A stretch of DNA of 64,000 nucleotides from Longimicrobiales bacterium (GTDB taxonomy: Bacteria; Gemmatimonadota; Gemmatimonadetes; Longimicrobiales; Gaopeijiaceae). The translations under genes and the position numbers were made by a program. The DNA is taken from contig OZ241892.1 of the NCBI GenBank assembly GCA_965203485.1, positions 768,001 through 832,000 of the forward strand, given 5' to 3'. Below the pieces are notes generated by a model. That model saw only the letters and a program-made list of their open reading frames with translations. It did not search any database and was not told where the DNA came from. Positions 55,583 to 64,000 of the stretch are shown in pieces (position 1 is the stretch's first letter; each line of letters starts with the position of its first letter).

Positions 55583-57013
55583 TCAATTCGGCGGGCCTGC
55601 CGGTGCGCCGGCGGCTTCCAGCATCTCGTCCACTGTGCACATCTTCACCCGGGGGCGGCCTTGCGCCTTGCCCATCGCAGTCTCGCGGGCGTCCAGCCGA
55701 AGCCAGCCGTCCTTGTCGATCCATCGAATGCGGCGTGCGCGAAGGAGGTCGGCCACGTCTTCCTGGGCGTCTCGGCCGGCGTCGGCCGCGGTTCCAGCCC
55801 GGCTCTCCTCGGGCCGCCCAGCGCCGCCGAGTCCGATGCCCGCGCTCGCGTCCGCGACCATCGCGGCGACCGTCTCGGCCGCGTCGGCCTTGTTCGTGCC
55901 GATCACTCCGGACGGCCCCCGCTTGGCCCACCCCGAAACGTACTCGCCCGGCAACGGCTCTCCCCCTGGACCCAGCACGCGGCCCTCGTCGTTGGGAACG
56001 ATCCCCCGGCGTTCGTCGAAGGGCACGCCCGGGACCGGTTCGCCGCGGTAGCCCACCGAGCGCAGGACCAGTCCGCACGGGATCGTCTCCACCTCTCCGG
56101 TCCCGAGCGCCCGCAACGTCCCGTCGGTTCCCGCGGCCAGCTCGTTGCGCTCCACGCGAAGTCCGTGCACCTGTCCGCCCCGCCCCGCGATCGCCACCGG
56201 CGACGCCAGGAAGCGGAAGCGCACTATCCTGTCGCCGACCGCCGGCCCGCCACCCGCGTAGCCCCGCAAGACCTCCATGTTGCGGCCGCGCACGCGGTCG
56301 GACGCAACCAGCGCCTCGCTGTCCGGGTCGAGGGCCAGTTGGCGCTCGTCCACGGTGGCCGACACGCCCGCCAGCGTGCCGAACTCCTTGAGCTCCGGCG
56401 TGGAGAACGATGCTTGCGCGGGCCCCCGGCGGCCCAGGACCACCACCTCGCGCACGCGGCTCTCGCGCAACGCCGCCAGCGCGTGGCAGGCGATGTCGGT
56501 CGTCTCCAGCCGGCCCGGTTCGAGCACCAGGATGCGCGCCACGTCGAGCGCCACGTTGCCGTTGCCGACGACGGCCACGGTTCGGCATCCGAGATCGAAG
56601 CGGGCGCCGCGGTAGTCCGGGTGCCCGTTGTACCATCCAACGAATTCCGTGGCGGCGCGGCTCCCCCTCAGCGCCTCGCCGGGAATGCCCAGCGGCCTGT
56701 CCGTCTGGCAACCGACCGCATAGACGATTTGGTCGTAGATGTCGCGCAGGGCGTCCACCGGCACGTCTCGGCCGACCTCCACGTTGCCGAAGTAGCTGAC
56801 CTCTTCGCGGGCCAGCAACCGCGCGAACACCTTCGACACCGACTTTATCGGCTCGTGGTCGGGCGCCACTCCGTCGCGGACGAGTCCGTAGGGCGCGGGC
56901 AGGCGGTTGAACAGGTGGATCAGGGCGTCCGGCGCATCCTTGAGCAGCGCGGCCGCCGCGAAGAAGCCCGCCGGCCCGGCGCCCACCACGGCGATGCGGC
57001 GCTTGCGATTCAT
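55583..57013 (-). CDS. Ferredoxin--NADP+ reductase (adrenodoxin-reductase/FprA type)
   Basis: VVGAGPAG, PYGLVR.GVAPDH, FVGWYNGHP, GNGNVALDVAR, GWAKRGPSGVIG. Confidence 0.93.
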   Translation of the reverse strand: MNRKRRIAVVGAGPAGFFAAAALLKDAPDALIHLFNRLPAPYGLVRDGVAPDHEPIKSVSKVFARLLAREEVSYFGNVEVGRDVPVDALRDIYDQIVYAVGCQTDRPLGIPGEALRGSRAATEFVGWYNGHPDYRGARFDLGCRTVAVVGNGNVALDVARILVLEPGRLETTDIACHALAALRESRVREVVVLGRRGPAQASFSTPELKEFGTLAGVSATVDERQLALDPDSEALVASDRVRGRNMEVLRGYAGGGPAVGDRIVRFRFLASPVAIAGRGGQVHGLRVERNELAAGTDGTLRALGTGEVETIPCGLVLRSVGYRGEPVPGVPFDERRGIVPNDEGRVLGPGGEPLPGEYVSGWAKRGPSGVIGTNKADAAETVAAMVADASAGIGLGGAGRPEESRAGTAADAGRDAQEDVADLLRARRIRWIDKDGWLRLDARETAMGKAQGRPRVKMCTVDEMLEAAGAPAGPPN

Positions 57014-57222
57014 GGCGTCGAGAACATTCGGCGCGCTTCCCGCGGCGGCCCTTCGGCCTGCTCCTGCGGCCTGGCCGGCCGACTGTCGAGCGACAAGGAT
57101 GCTGGTGTTCCCAGGCGGCTCCCTCGACGCGGCGCCGGTTGACTAGCCCCCGGTCGGCGCGCCAGCTTTGGACGTACGAAGAAGGAGAACCACGGACAGG
57201 AGAACCAAGGACTGAGGACAAT

Positions 57223-57750
57223 ATGGGCCACGACAGGTTGCGGGACATGGGACGAGCGGGTTCGGCGTGGCGGCCGCGAACGACGTGGCCGGGTGCGGCC
57301 TCGCTGGTCTTCTTGCTTGCGTGCGGGGCGGGGGACTCGTCCGGCGAGGGCGGCGCCCCCTCGGAATCGGACGAGGAAGCCGGAGCCGGCATGGGAGCCG
57401 AAACCGCGAGCGAGGTGGGAGGCGGGGAGCTGGCGATCGACCCGGCGATGCTGCCGGACGGCGTCACGGCAGACATGGTCAGGCAGGGCAAGGAGCTCTT
57501 CGAGGGCGGCGGGATCTGCTACACGTGCCACATGCAGGACGGCAAGGGCGGGCCGCTGGCTCCGGACCTGACGGACTCGGCATGGCTCAACGTGGACGGC
57601 GAGTACGCGTCGATCGTGGAACTCGTCAAGGAGGGCGTGGCCCAGCCGCTGGAGCACCCCGGCGTCATGTTGCCGCGCGCGGGCATGGCCCTGACCGACG
57701 ATCAGGTTGCCGCCGTGGCCGCGTACGCCTACATGCTGAGCCGCTTTTGA
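57223..57750 (+). CDS. Monoheme cytochrome c lipoprotein
   Basis: LLAC lipobox, CYTCH, distal Met in GVMLP. Confidence 0.9.
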   Translation: MGHDRLRDMGRAGSAWRPRTTWPGAASLVFLLACGAGDSSGEGGAPSESDEEAGAGMGAETASEVGGGELAIDPAMLPDGVTADMVRQGKELFEGGGICYTCHMQDGKGGPLAPDLTDSAWLNVDGEYASIVELVKEGVAQPLEHPGVMLPRAGMALTDDQVAAVAAYAYMLSRF

Positions 57751-57845
57751 CCGGCGAGCTTCCATAGGAGTCCGCGAACGCCCCAGCGACGGGAGGTCGC
57801 CGCCCGCCGCCCGCGCGTCGCTTGCCGAGTGTCCCGGCGAACGGG

Positions 57846-58982
57846 TCAGGCGTCGTCCCCGAACAGGTCGCGTTGCGGCCGGGGCCGCGCAAACGAGTCC
57901 AGCGAGAGCGGCGGCGAAGGGCGGTCCAGGCCGAACTTGCGGACGGCGACCTTGAAGAGCGAGGCCAAGTGCTCCGCGTACCGGCCCTCTCCGCGAAAGC
58001 GCTTGTGGAACGCCGATTCGTTCAGTCTGCCGCCACGGGTCTCGCGAATGCGGGCCAGCACCTTGTCCTTGCGGCCGGGGAAGCGCTCCGACAGCCATGT
58101 CGTGAAGTGCTGATCCACGCCGTCGGGAAGGCGCAGCAGCAGGAAGGCCGCGCCCGTGGCCCCGGCGGCCGCGGCCGCCTCCAGGATTGCCGGCATCTCG
58201 TGGTCCGTCAGCCCCGGGATCACCGGTGCGACGTTGACGCACACCGGCACGCCGGCCCGGGACAGCGTTCGGATCGCGTCCAGGCGCTTGGCCGGAACGG
58301 AGGTCCGGGGCTCCATGACCCGTTGCAGTGCATTGTCCAGGGTCGTCACCGACACCGTCGCGCTGGCGCAACCGTGCTCCGCCATCTCGGCCAGGATGTC
58401 CGAGTCGCGAGCCACGAGGTGATTCTTGGTGACGACGCACGCCGGGTTGCGGAAGTCCCTCAGCACCGACAGGCAACCCCGCGTGATCCGCAAGCGGCGC
58501 TCGACGGGCTGGTAGGGGTCTGTCACGCCCGAGATGCCGATCGCCGACGGCTTCCAGGACCGGCTCGACAGCGCCTTGCGAAGGAGCGCCGGAGCGTCGT
58601 GCTTCACCATGATCTTGCGCTCGAAGTCCAGGCCCGACGAGAATCCCAGGTACTCGTGCGTCGGCCGCGCGTAGCAGTAGACGCACCCGTGCTCGCACCC
58701 CCGGTATGGGTTGACCGAACGGCTGAAGGGGATGTCCGGGCTCTGGTTCGACGACACGATCGTCCTTGAGGCGTCGGCGATGAACTCGGTGGGAGGGGAA
58801 GCGAGTTCCGAGGACCGCGACGCCGGGGGATGGGACGCGCTTCGTCCGCGCGCCGAATCCGGAGTGGCCGAGCAGTCCGCGGATTGCGGAGCCTCTTGCG
58901 GATCCAGCGCGAGGTGGACGCTCTCGAATCGGTTCGGCGGATCGTGTTGGACGGCGCGTCCGCGCATGAGAGGAAGGCCCAT
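57846..58982 (-). CDS. PA0069/Rv2578c-family radical SAM protein
   Basis: N.SPDIPF..SVNPYRGCEHGCVYCYARPTHEYLG, TDPYQPVER. Confidence 0.95.
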   Translation of the reverse strand: MGLPLMRGRAVQHDPPNRFESVHLALDPQEAPQSADCSATPDSARGRSASHPPASRSSELASPPTEFIADASRTIVSSNQSPDIPFSRSVNPYRGCEHGCVYCYARPTHEYLGFSSGLDFERKIMVKHDAPALLRKALSSRSWKPSAIGISGVTDPYQPVERRLRITRGCLSVLRDFRNPACVVTKNHLVARDSDILAEMAEHGCASATVSVTTLDNALQRVMEPRTSVPAKRLDAIRTLSRAGVPVCVNVAPVIPGLTDHEMPAILEAAAAAGATGAAFLLLRLPDGVDQHFTTWLSERFPGRKDKVLARIRETRGGRLNESAFHKRFRGEGRYAEHLASLFKVAVRKFGLDRPSPPLSLDSFARPRPQRDLFGDDA

Positions 58983-59030
58983 CGTTTCAAGTTCGCATTA
59001 TGTTCGGCTTTCCGCAAGCAAGGAGACCCG

Positions 59031-59444
59031 GTGGAGATAGACGAGCTCGAGCGCAGGCTGGCGAGCCTGTCGGACCGAACGTTGCGCTACCAGTACGTCA
59101 TCCAGCTCGGGCGCAAGCTGCCGCCCATGCCTCCCGAGCTCAAGACCAGCAAGACAATGGTTCGCGGATGCATGAGCCCAGCATGGCTGTCCGGCGGCCT
59201 GGGCGAAGGCGATCCGCCTGTGCTCCGCTTCGTGGGCGACTCGGAATCCGTGATCGTCAAGGGATTGTTCGCCGTCCTGGCGGGCGTGTTCAACGGCAAG
59301 ACGCCGGAGGCCGCCTTGGCGATCGACCTGTCGGACGTCTTCGAACGCCTTAAGCTGGGCGAAGCCCTCAGCCCCAACCGGCGCAACGGCTTCTACTCGA
59401 TGGTCGAACAGATTCGCCGGGCCGCTGCCTCGCTGGCCTCCTAG
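59031..59444 (+). CDS. sufE: Fe-S assembly sulfur acceptor SufE
   Basis: RYQYVIQLGRKLP, VRGC.S..W, DSES.IVKGL, LSP.R.NG. Confidence 0.92.
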   Translation: MEIDELERRLASLSDRTLRYQYVIQLGRKLPPMPPELKTSKTMVRGCMSPAWLSGGLGEGDPPVLRFVGDSESVIVKGLFAVLAGVFNGKTPEAALAIDLSDVFERLKLGEALSPNRRNGFYSMVEQIRRAAASLAS

Positions 59445-59622
59445 CTGGGCCGCCGCCCCCGCCCCGCGAGCGCCGGCCCTGCCGCTCGCCCGGAACCTTG
59501 CGCGCCCTTCCCAGCCCACGCCACCTTCCAAGGCGACGACGCTTCCATCTTCTTCCGAGCTTCCCCGCCGGGCAAAGGAACGCCCCCGCGAGACCGGGAC
59601 GAGCCGCCCAGGCGCCTGACCC

Positions 59623-62600
59623 TTGCCCAAGCGCACGGACCTCGAGTCCATCCTGATCCTCGGATCCGGCCCGATAGTCATCGGGCAGGCATGCGAGTTC
59701 GACTATTCGGGCACGCAAGCAGTGCGGGCGCTCAAGGAGGAGGGCTACCGCGTCGTTCTGGTCAACTCGAATCCGGCGACGATCATGACGGACCCGGACT
59801 TGGCGGACCGGACCTACGTCGAGCCCCTCACGCCCGAATGGGTGGCCCAGGTCGTCCGGCGGGAGCGCCCCGACGCCCTCCTTCCGACCATGGGGGGCCA
59901 GACGGCCCTCAACATCGCCATGGACCTGGACGCCGACGGCTTCCTGGCAGAGCAGGGCGTCGAGCTGATCGGCGCCAACGCGCGATCCATTCGCATGGCA
60001 GAGGACCGCGAGGAGTTCGCGGCGGCGATGGACCGCATCGGCCTCTCGGTCCCGCACGGCGGCTTCGCCCGCAACATGGAGGACGCCCGGCGCATCGTGG
60101 CCGACACGGGCTACCCGGCGATCGTCCGCCCTTCCTTCACGCTGGGGGGCACGGGCGGCGGCACGGCGTACAACTTGGCCGAGTTCGAGGCCCAGGCGCG
60201 CAAGGGGATGGCCGCCAGCCGCATCGGCGAAGTGCTGATCGACCGGGGCGTCCTGGGCTGGAAGGAGTACGAGCTGGAGGTCGTCCGCGACGGCGCGGAC
60301 AACGTGATCGTCGTGTGCTCGATCGAGAACTTCGATCCGATGGGCGTCCACACCGGCGACTCGGTCACGGTGGCCCCCGCCCAGACTCTCTCGGACCGCG
60401 AGTACCAGGAGATGCGGGACGCGGCAATAGCGATCATCCGCGAAGTCGGTGTGGAGGCGGGCGGTTGCAACATTCAGTTCGCGGTCAACCCGAAGGACGG
60501 AGAGATGCTGGTCGTCGAGATGAACCCACGGGTCTCCCGTTCCTCGGCTCTGGCGTCGAAGGCCACTGGCTTCCCCATAGCCCGCGTGGGCGCGAAGCTG
60601 GCCGTGGGTTGCCGCTTGGACGAGCTGCCGAACGACATCACCCGCACCACGCCGGCCGCCTTCGAGCCGGTCCTGGACTACGTGGTGGTCAAGTTCCCGC
60701 GCTTCGCCTTCGAGAAGTTCCCGGGCGAGGACGAGACGCTGGGCGTCCAGATGAAGGCGGTGGGCGAGACCATGGCCATTGGGCGCAGCTTCCGTGCCGC
60801 GTGGCAAAAGGGACTCAGGGGACTGGAAGTGGGGCGTCCCGGATGGGTGACGGGCAAGACGTTGGCGGACGACAGGCTGGAATCGGACTCGGCCGGCGCC
60901 CTGCTCGATGCGGTGCGGCGGCCCACCACGGCCCGCAAGTACCAGCTCAAGCGCGCGCTGGAAGCGGGCGTTCCGATCGAGCGGCTGCACCGGGCCACGG
61001 GGATCGACCCCTGGTTCCTCGACCAGCTGGCCCAGATCGTGGAGACGGAGCGCTGGTACGCCGGCTTGCCCCTAGTGGACGAGGCCGCGCTCCGCCGCAT
61101 GAAGCGCGAAGGCTTCTCGGATGCCCAGCTGGCCGCGCTGCGGGGCGAGGACGAGAGCGCCGCGCGGGCCAGGCGCTGGGAATGGGGCGTCCGTCCCACC
61201 TACAACGTGGTGGACACCTGCGCAGGCGAGTTTCCGGCCGAGACGCCCTACTACTACTCGTCGTACGAGTCCGAGGACGAGTCGGCGCCGTCGGCGCGCC
61301 GCAAGATCGTCATCCTGGGAAGCGGTCCCAACCGCATCGGCCAGGGGATCGAGTTCGACTACTGCTGCGTGCAGGCAGTGATGGCGCTGCGCGAGGCCGG
61401 CTTCGAGACGATCATGGTCAACTCCAACCCGGAGACAGTCTCGACGGACTTCGACGTGAGCGACAAGCTCTACTTCGAGCCGCTCACGCTGGAGGACGTG
61501 GCCGAGATCGTGGAGCGCGAGAAGCCCGAAGGGGTGATCGTGCAGCTGGGCGGGCAGACGCCGCTCAACTTGGCGCGCGGGCTGGCCGATCTCGGCGTCC
61601 CGATCCTGGGCACCCCGGTGGACGCCATCGACCGCGCCGAGGACCGCCGCCGCTTCGAGGCGGTGTGCCGCCGCATCGGCGCGCGCGTGCCCGAGAACGG
61701 CACGGCCAGGAGCGTGGAGGAAGCGTTGCGCGTGTCGCGCTCGGTGGGGTTCCCGGTGCTGGTGCGTCCGTCGTACGTGCTGGGCGGGCGCGCCATGGAG
61801 ATCGTGTACGACGAGGAGTCGCTCGAGTCGTACTTCGAGAAGGCGGTGCGGGCGTCGCCGGACCATCCCGTGCTCGTGGACCGCTTCCTCGAGGACGCCT
61901 TCGAAGCCGACGTGGACGCGCTGTCGGACGGAGAGGACGTGGTGGTGGCGGGCATCATGCAGCACATCGAGGACGCCGGCGTGCACTCGGGCGACTCGGC
62001 CTGCGTGTTGCCGCCGTACCTGCTGCGCAGCTCGGAGCTCGACGAGATGCGCCAGCTCGTGCGCCGGTTCGCGCTGGAGCTCGGCGTCAAGGGGCTGATG
62101 AACGCGCAGTTCGCGGTCAAGGACGGCGACGTGTACGTGCTGGAGGTCAACCCGCGGGCCTCGCGCACGGTTCCGTTCGTGGGCAAGGCGACGGGCCTGC
62201 CGCTCGCGCGCCTGGCCGCGCGGATCATGGCGGGCGAGAAGCTGTCGGAGCTGGACGTGCCGGCCGAACCGGAGGTGGCCGGGGTGGCCGTGAAGGAGGC
62301 CGTCTTTCCGTTCAACCGCTTCGACGTGGACACGCTGCTGGGCCCCGAAATGCGCTCGACGGGCGAGGCGATGGGCGTGGACGACTCCTTCGGGATGGCG
62401 TTCGCCAAGGCCCAGGTGTCCGCGGGCAACCGGCTGCCGGAAGACGAAGGCGCCCGCTCCGTGGTCGTCACCGTCAACGACGCCGACAAGCCGACGGTCA
62501 CGCCCCTCGTGCGCCGCTTGGCGGACATGGGGTTCTCGGTGTTCGCCACCCGAGGCACCCGCGCCCACCTGCGCCAGCTGGGCGTCGCCTGCGAGCGCGT

Positions 62601-62880
62601 CTTCAAGGTGGGAGAGGGACGGCCCAACATCGTCGACCGAATCGTGAGCGGCGAAGTCGGCCTCCTGATCAACACGCCCTTGGGCAAGAAGTCCCAGTAC
62701 GACGACTACGCCATGCGCCGCGCCGCGATCGCCTTCGGCGTCCCCTACCTGACCACGATGTCGGCCACCAGCGCCGCGGTGGACGCGCTCGCCGCAACGC
62801 GGATGCGTCCGCCCGCCGTCCTGACCATCCAAGAACGGATCGCGCGCATGCGAGGGCCGGCGGCGGAGGGAGCGGCGTGA
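59623..62880 (+). CDS. carB: Carbamoyl-phosphate synthase large subunit
   Basis: MPKRTD...[19 protein letters not shown], duplicated ATP-grasp domains, MGS domain. Confidence 0.98.
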   Translation: MPKRTDLESILILGSGPIVIGQACEFDYSGTQAVRALKEEGYRVVLVNSNPATIMTDPDLADRTYVEPLTPEWVAQVVRRERPDALLPTMGGQTALNIAMDLDADGFLAEQGVELIGANARSIRMAEDREEFAAAMDRIGLSVPHGGFARNMEDARRIVADTGYPAIVRPSFTLGGTGGGTAYNLAEFEAQARKGMAASRIGEVLIDRGVLGWKEYELEVVRDGADNVIVVCSIENFDPMGVHTGDSVTVAPAQTLSDREYQEMRDAAIAIIREVGVEAGGCNIQFAVNPKDGEMLVVEMNPRVSRSSALASKATGFPIARVGAKLAVGCRLDELPNDITRTTPAAFEPVLDYVVVKFPRFAFEKFPGEDETLGVQMKAVGETMAIGRSFRAAWQKGLRGLEVGRPGWVTGKTLADDRLESDSAGALLDAVRRPTTARKYQLKRALEAGVPIERLHRATGIDPWFLDQLAQIVETERWYAGLPLVDEAALRRMKREGFSDAQLAALRGEDESAARARRWEWGVRPTYNVVDTCAGEFPAETPYYYSSYESEDESAPSARRKIVILGSGPNRIGQGIEFDYCCVQAVMALREAGFETIMVNSNPETVSTDFDVSDKLYFEPLTLEDVAEIVEREKPEGVIVQLGGQTPLNLARGLADLGVPILGTPVDAIDRAEDRRRFEAVCRRIGARVPENGTARSVEEALRVSRSVGFPVLVRPSYVLGGRAMEIVYDEESLESYFEKAVRASPDHPVLVDRFLEDAFEADVDALSDGEDVVVAGIMQHIEDAGVHSGDSACVLPPYLLRSSELDEMRQLVRRFALELGVKGLMNAQFAVKDGDVYVLEVNPRASRTVPFVGKATGLPLARLAARIMAGEKLSELDVPAEPEVAGVAVKEAVFPFNRFDVDTLLGPEMRSTGEAMGVDDSFGMAFAKAQVSAGNRLPEDEGARSVVVTVNDADKPTVTPLVRRLADMGFSVFATRGTRAHLRQLGVACERVFKVGEGRPNIVDRIVSGEVGLLINTPLGKKSQYDDYAMRRAAIAFGVPYLTTMSATSAAVDALAATRMRPPAVLTIQERIARMRGPAAEGAA

Positions 62881-62941
62881 CGTCGCGCATCCACTTGGCG
62901 CCGGTGTCCGTCGCCGGAGACGCTTCCACGCAGGAAACCGC

Positions 62942-63955
62942 ATGAAGAACTCGGGGCGTGAAGCCATGCCGCTTCCGTCCGGCGGACGCACGGCCTTCCT
63001 GCTGCACGAGGCCGCCGCCTTGCACGACACCGGCTGGGGACACCCGGAGCACCAAGGCCGTCTGCGAGCGGTCGTCTCGGCGCTGGAGAAGGAGCTGCCG
63101 TCCCTGCACGGCGCAGTGGAGCAGATGGCGCCGGCCCCCGCCACCGAGGCCGACTTGCGGCGGGTGCACGCGCCGCGCCTGATCGAATCCGTGCGACAAG
63201 CGGCCGAGGCCGCCGCCGAGAAGGACCGAGTCGTGTCGCTCGACGGAGACACGAAGGTGTCGGGCGCCTCCTGGGACGCGGCCCTGGGCACGGCCGGCGC
63301 GGGGTTGCACGCGGTGCGGCTGGTCTCGTCCGGGGCCTTTCGCAACGCGTTCGTGGCGGCGCGTCCCCCGGGGCACCATGCCACGCCCGACCGCGCGATG
63401 GGCTTCTGCTTGTTCAACAACGTGGCCGTCGCGGCGGCGGACCTGCGAGCCTCCGGCGCGGCCGAGAGGGCGCTGATCGTCGACTGGGACGTCCATCACG
63501 GCAACGGCACGCAGGACGTCTTCTACGCCGATCCGGCGGTCTTCTTCCTGTCGCTGCACCAGCATCCGCACTACCCGGGGACCGGCGCGGCCGGCGAGAC
63601 CGGCGCGGGCGCGGGCAGGGGCTTCACGCTCAACGTGCCGCTGGCCGCGGCGACGCCCCGCGCCGAATACTTGGCGGCGTTCTCCCGCGCGCTCGACGAG
63701 GCCGCCGCCCGCTCGAAGCCCGGCTTCGTCCTCGTTTCCGCGGGCTTCGACGTGCTGGCGGGCGACCCGCTGGGCGGCCAGCTGCTGGAGCCGCCGGACC
63801 TGCACCGCATGACGCGCGAAGTCCTGGAAGTCGCGGACCGGTGGTGCGAAGGCAGATTGGTCGTGTTCCTGGAGGGCGGATACGATCCGGTTCGAACGGG
63901 ACTCGGGTGCGCCGAGGTCGTGCGGGCATTGGCGGGCCTGGGCCACGGCTCATGA
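62942..63955 (+). CDS. Histone-deacetylase-family amidohydrolase
   Basis: HPE...RL, RPPGHHA, GFCLFNN, DWDVHHGNGTQ, SAGFD...DPLG, LEGGY. Confidence 0.95.
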   Translation: MKNSGREAMPLPSGGRTAFLLHEAAALHDTGWGHPEHQGRLRAVVSALEKELPSLHGAVEQMAPAPATEADLRRVHAPRLIESVRQAAEAAAEKDRVVSLDGDTKVSGASWDAALGTAGAGLHAVRLVSSGAFRNAFVAARPPGHHATPDRAMGFCLFNNVAVAAADLRASGAAERALIVDWDVHHGNGTQDVFYADPAVFFLSLHQHPHYPGTGAAGETGAGAGRGFTLNVPLAAATPRAEYLAAFSRALDEAAARSKPGFVLVSAGFDVLAGDPLGGQLLEPPDLHRMTREVLEVADRWCEGRLVVFLEGGYDPVRTGLGCAEVVRALAGLGHGS

Positions 63956-64000
63956 GGGGGCCGGCCGCCTACTCCGCCCCGGCGCTCCCCGGCGCACGCG

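Noticed and set aside
59623..62880. carB without adjacent carA
   Set aside because: Split carA/carB is common in bacteria.

Overview
High-GC bacterial chromosome segment. The gene style (many lipoproteins with Ig-like and RCC1 repeats, a PQQ dehydrogenase, a TonB receptor) suggests a diderm such as Gemmatimonadota, possibly host-associated; this is inference only. The left part (about 4.4-27.2 kb) is an accessory and defence-like region. It holds a HelD/UvrD helicase with an embedded nuclease-like domain split by an IS5-family element, a Doc-type Fic gene, a VapBC toxin-antitoxin pair, an ABC-ATPase + TOPRIM-like (DUF4276) pair, an IS630 remnant and two large surface lipoproteins. It also holds an old direct duplication of the block [acyl-CoA ligase - panE-like reductase - variable cargo - 18-bp/23-bp-period repeat array - AAA+/DUF4143 ATPase-nuclease], with different cargo in the same slot of each copy. 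The right part is mostly core metabolism: PQQ dehydrogenase, NfeD/flotillin, pstSCAB-B with complementary degenerate ATPases, cls, a sugar transferase preceded by a 27-nt G/C homopolymer, ferritin, ltaE, a DtxR-FeoA fusion with feoB and an operator palindrome, FNR, a radical SAM protein, sufE, carB and an HDAC-family enzyme. No rRNA, tRNA or CRISPR array was recognised. All family calls come from motif recognition by eye; no database searches were run.
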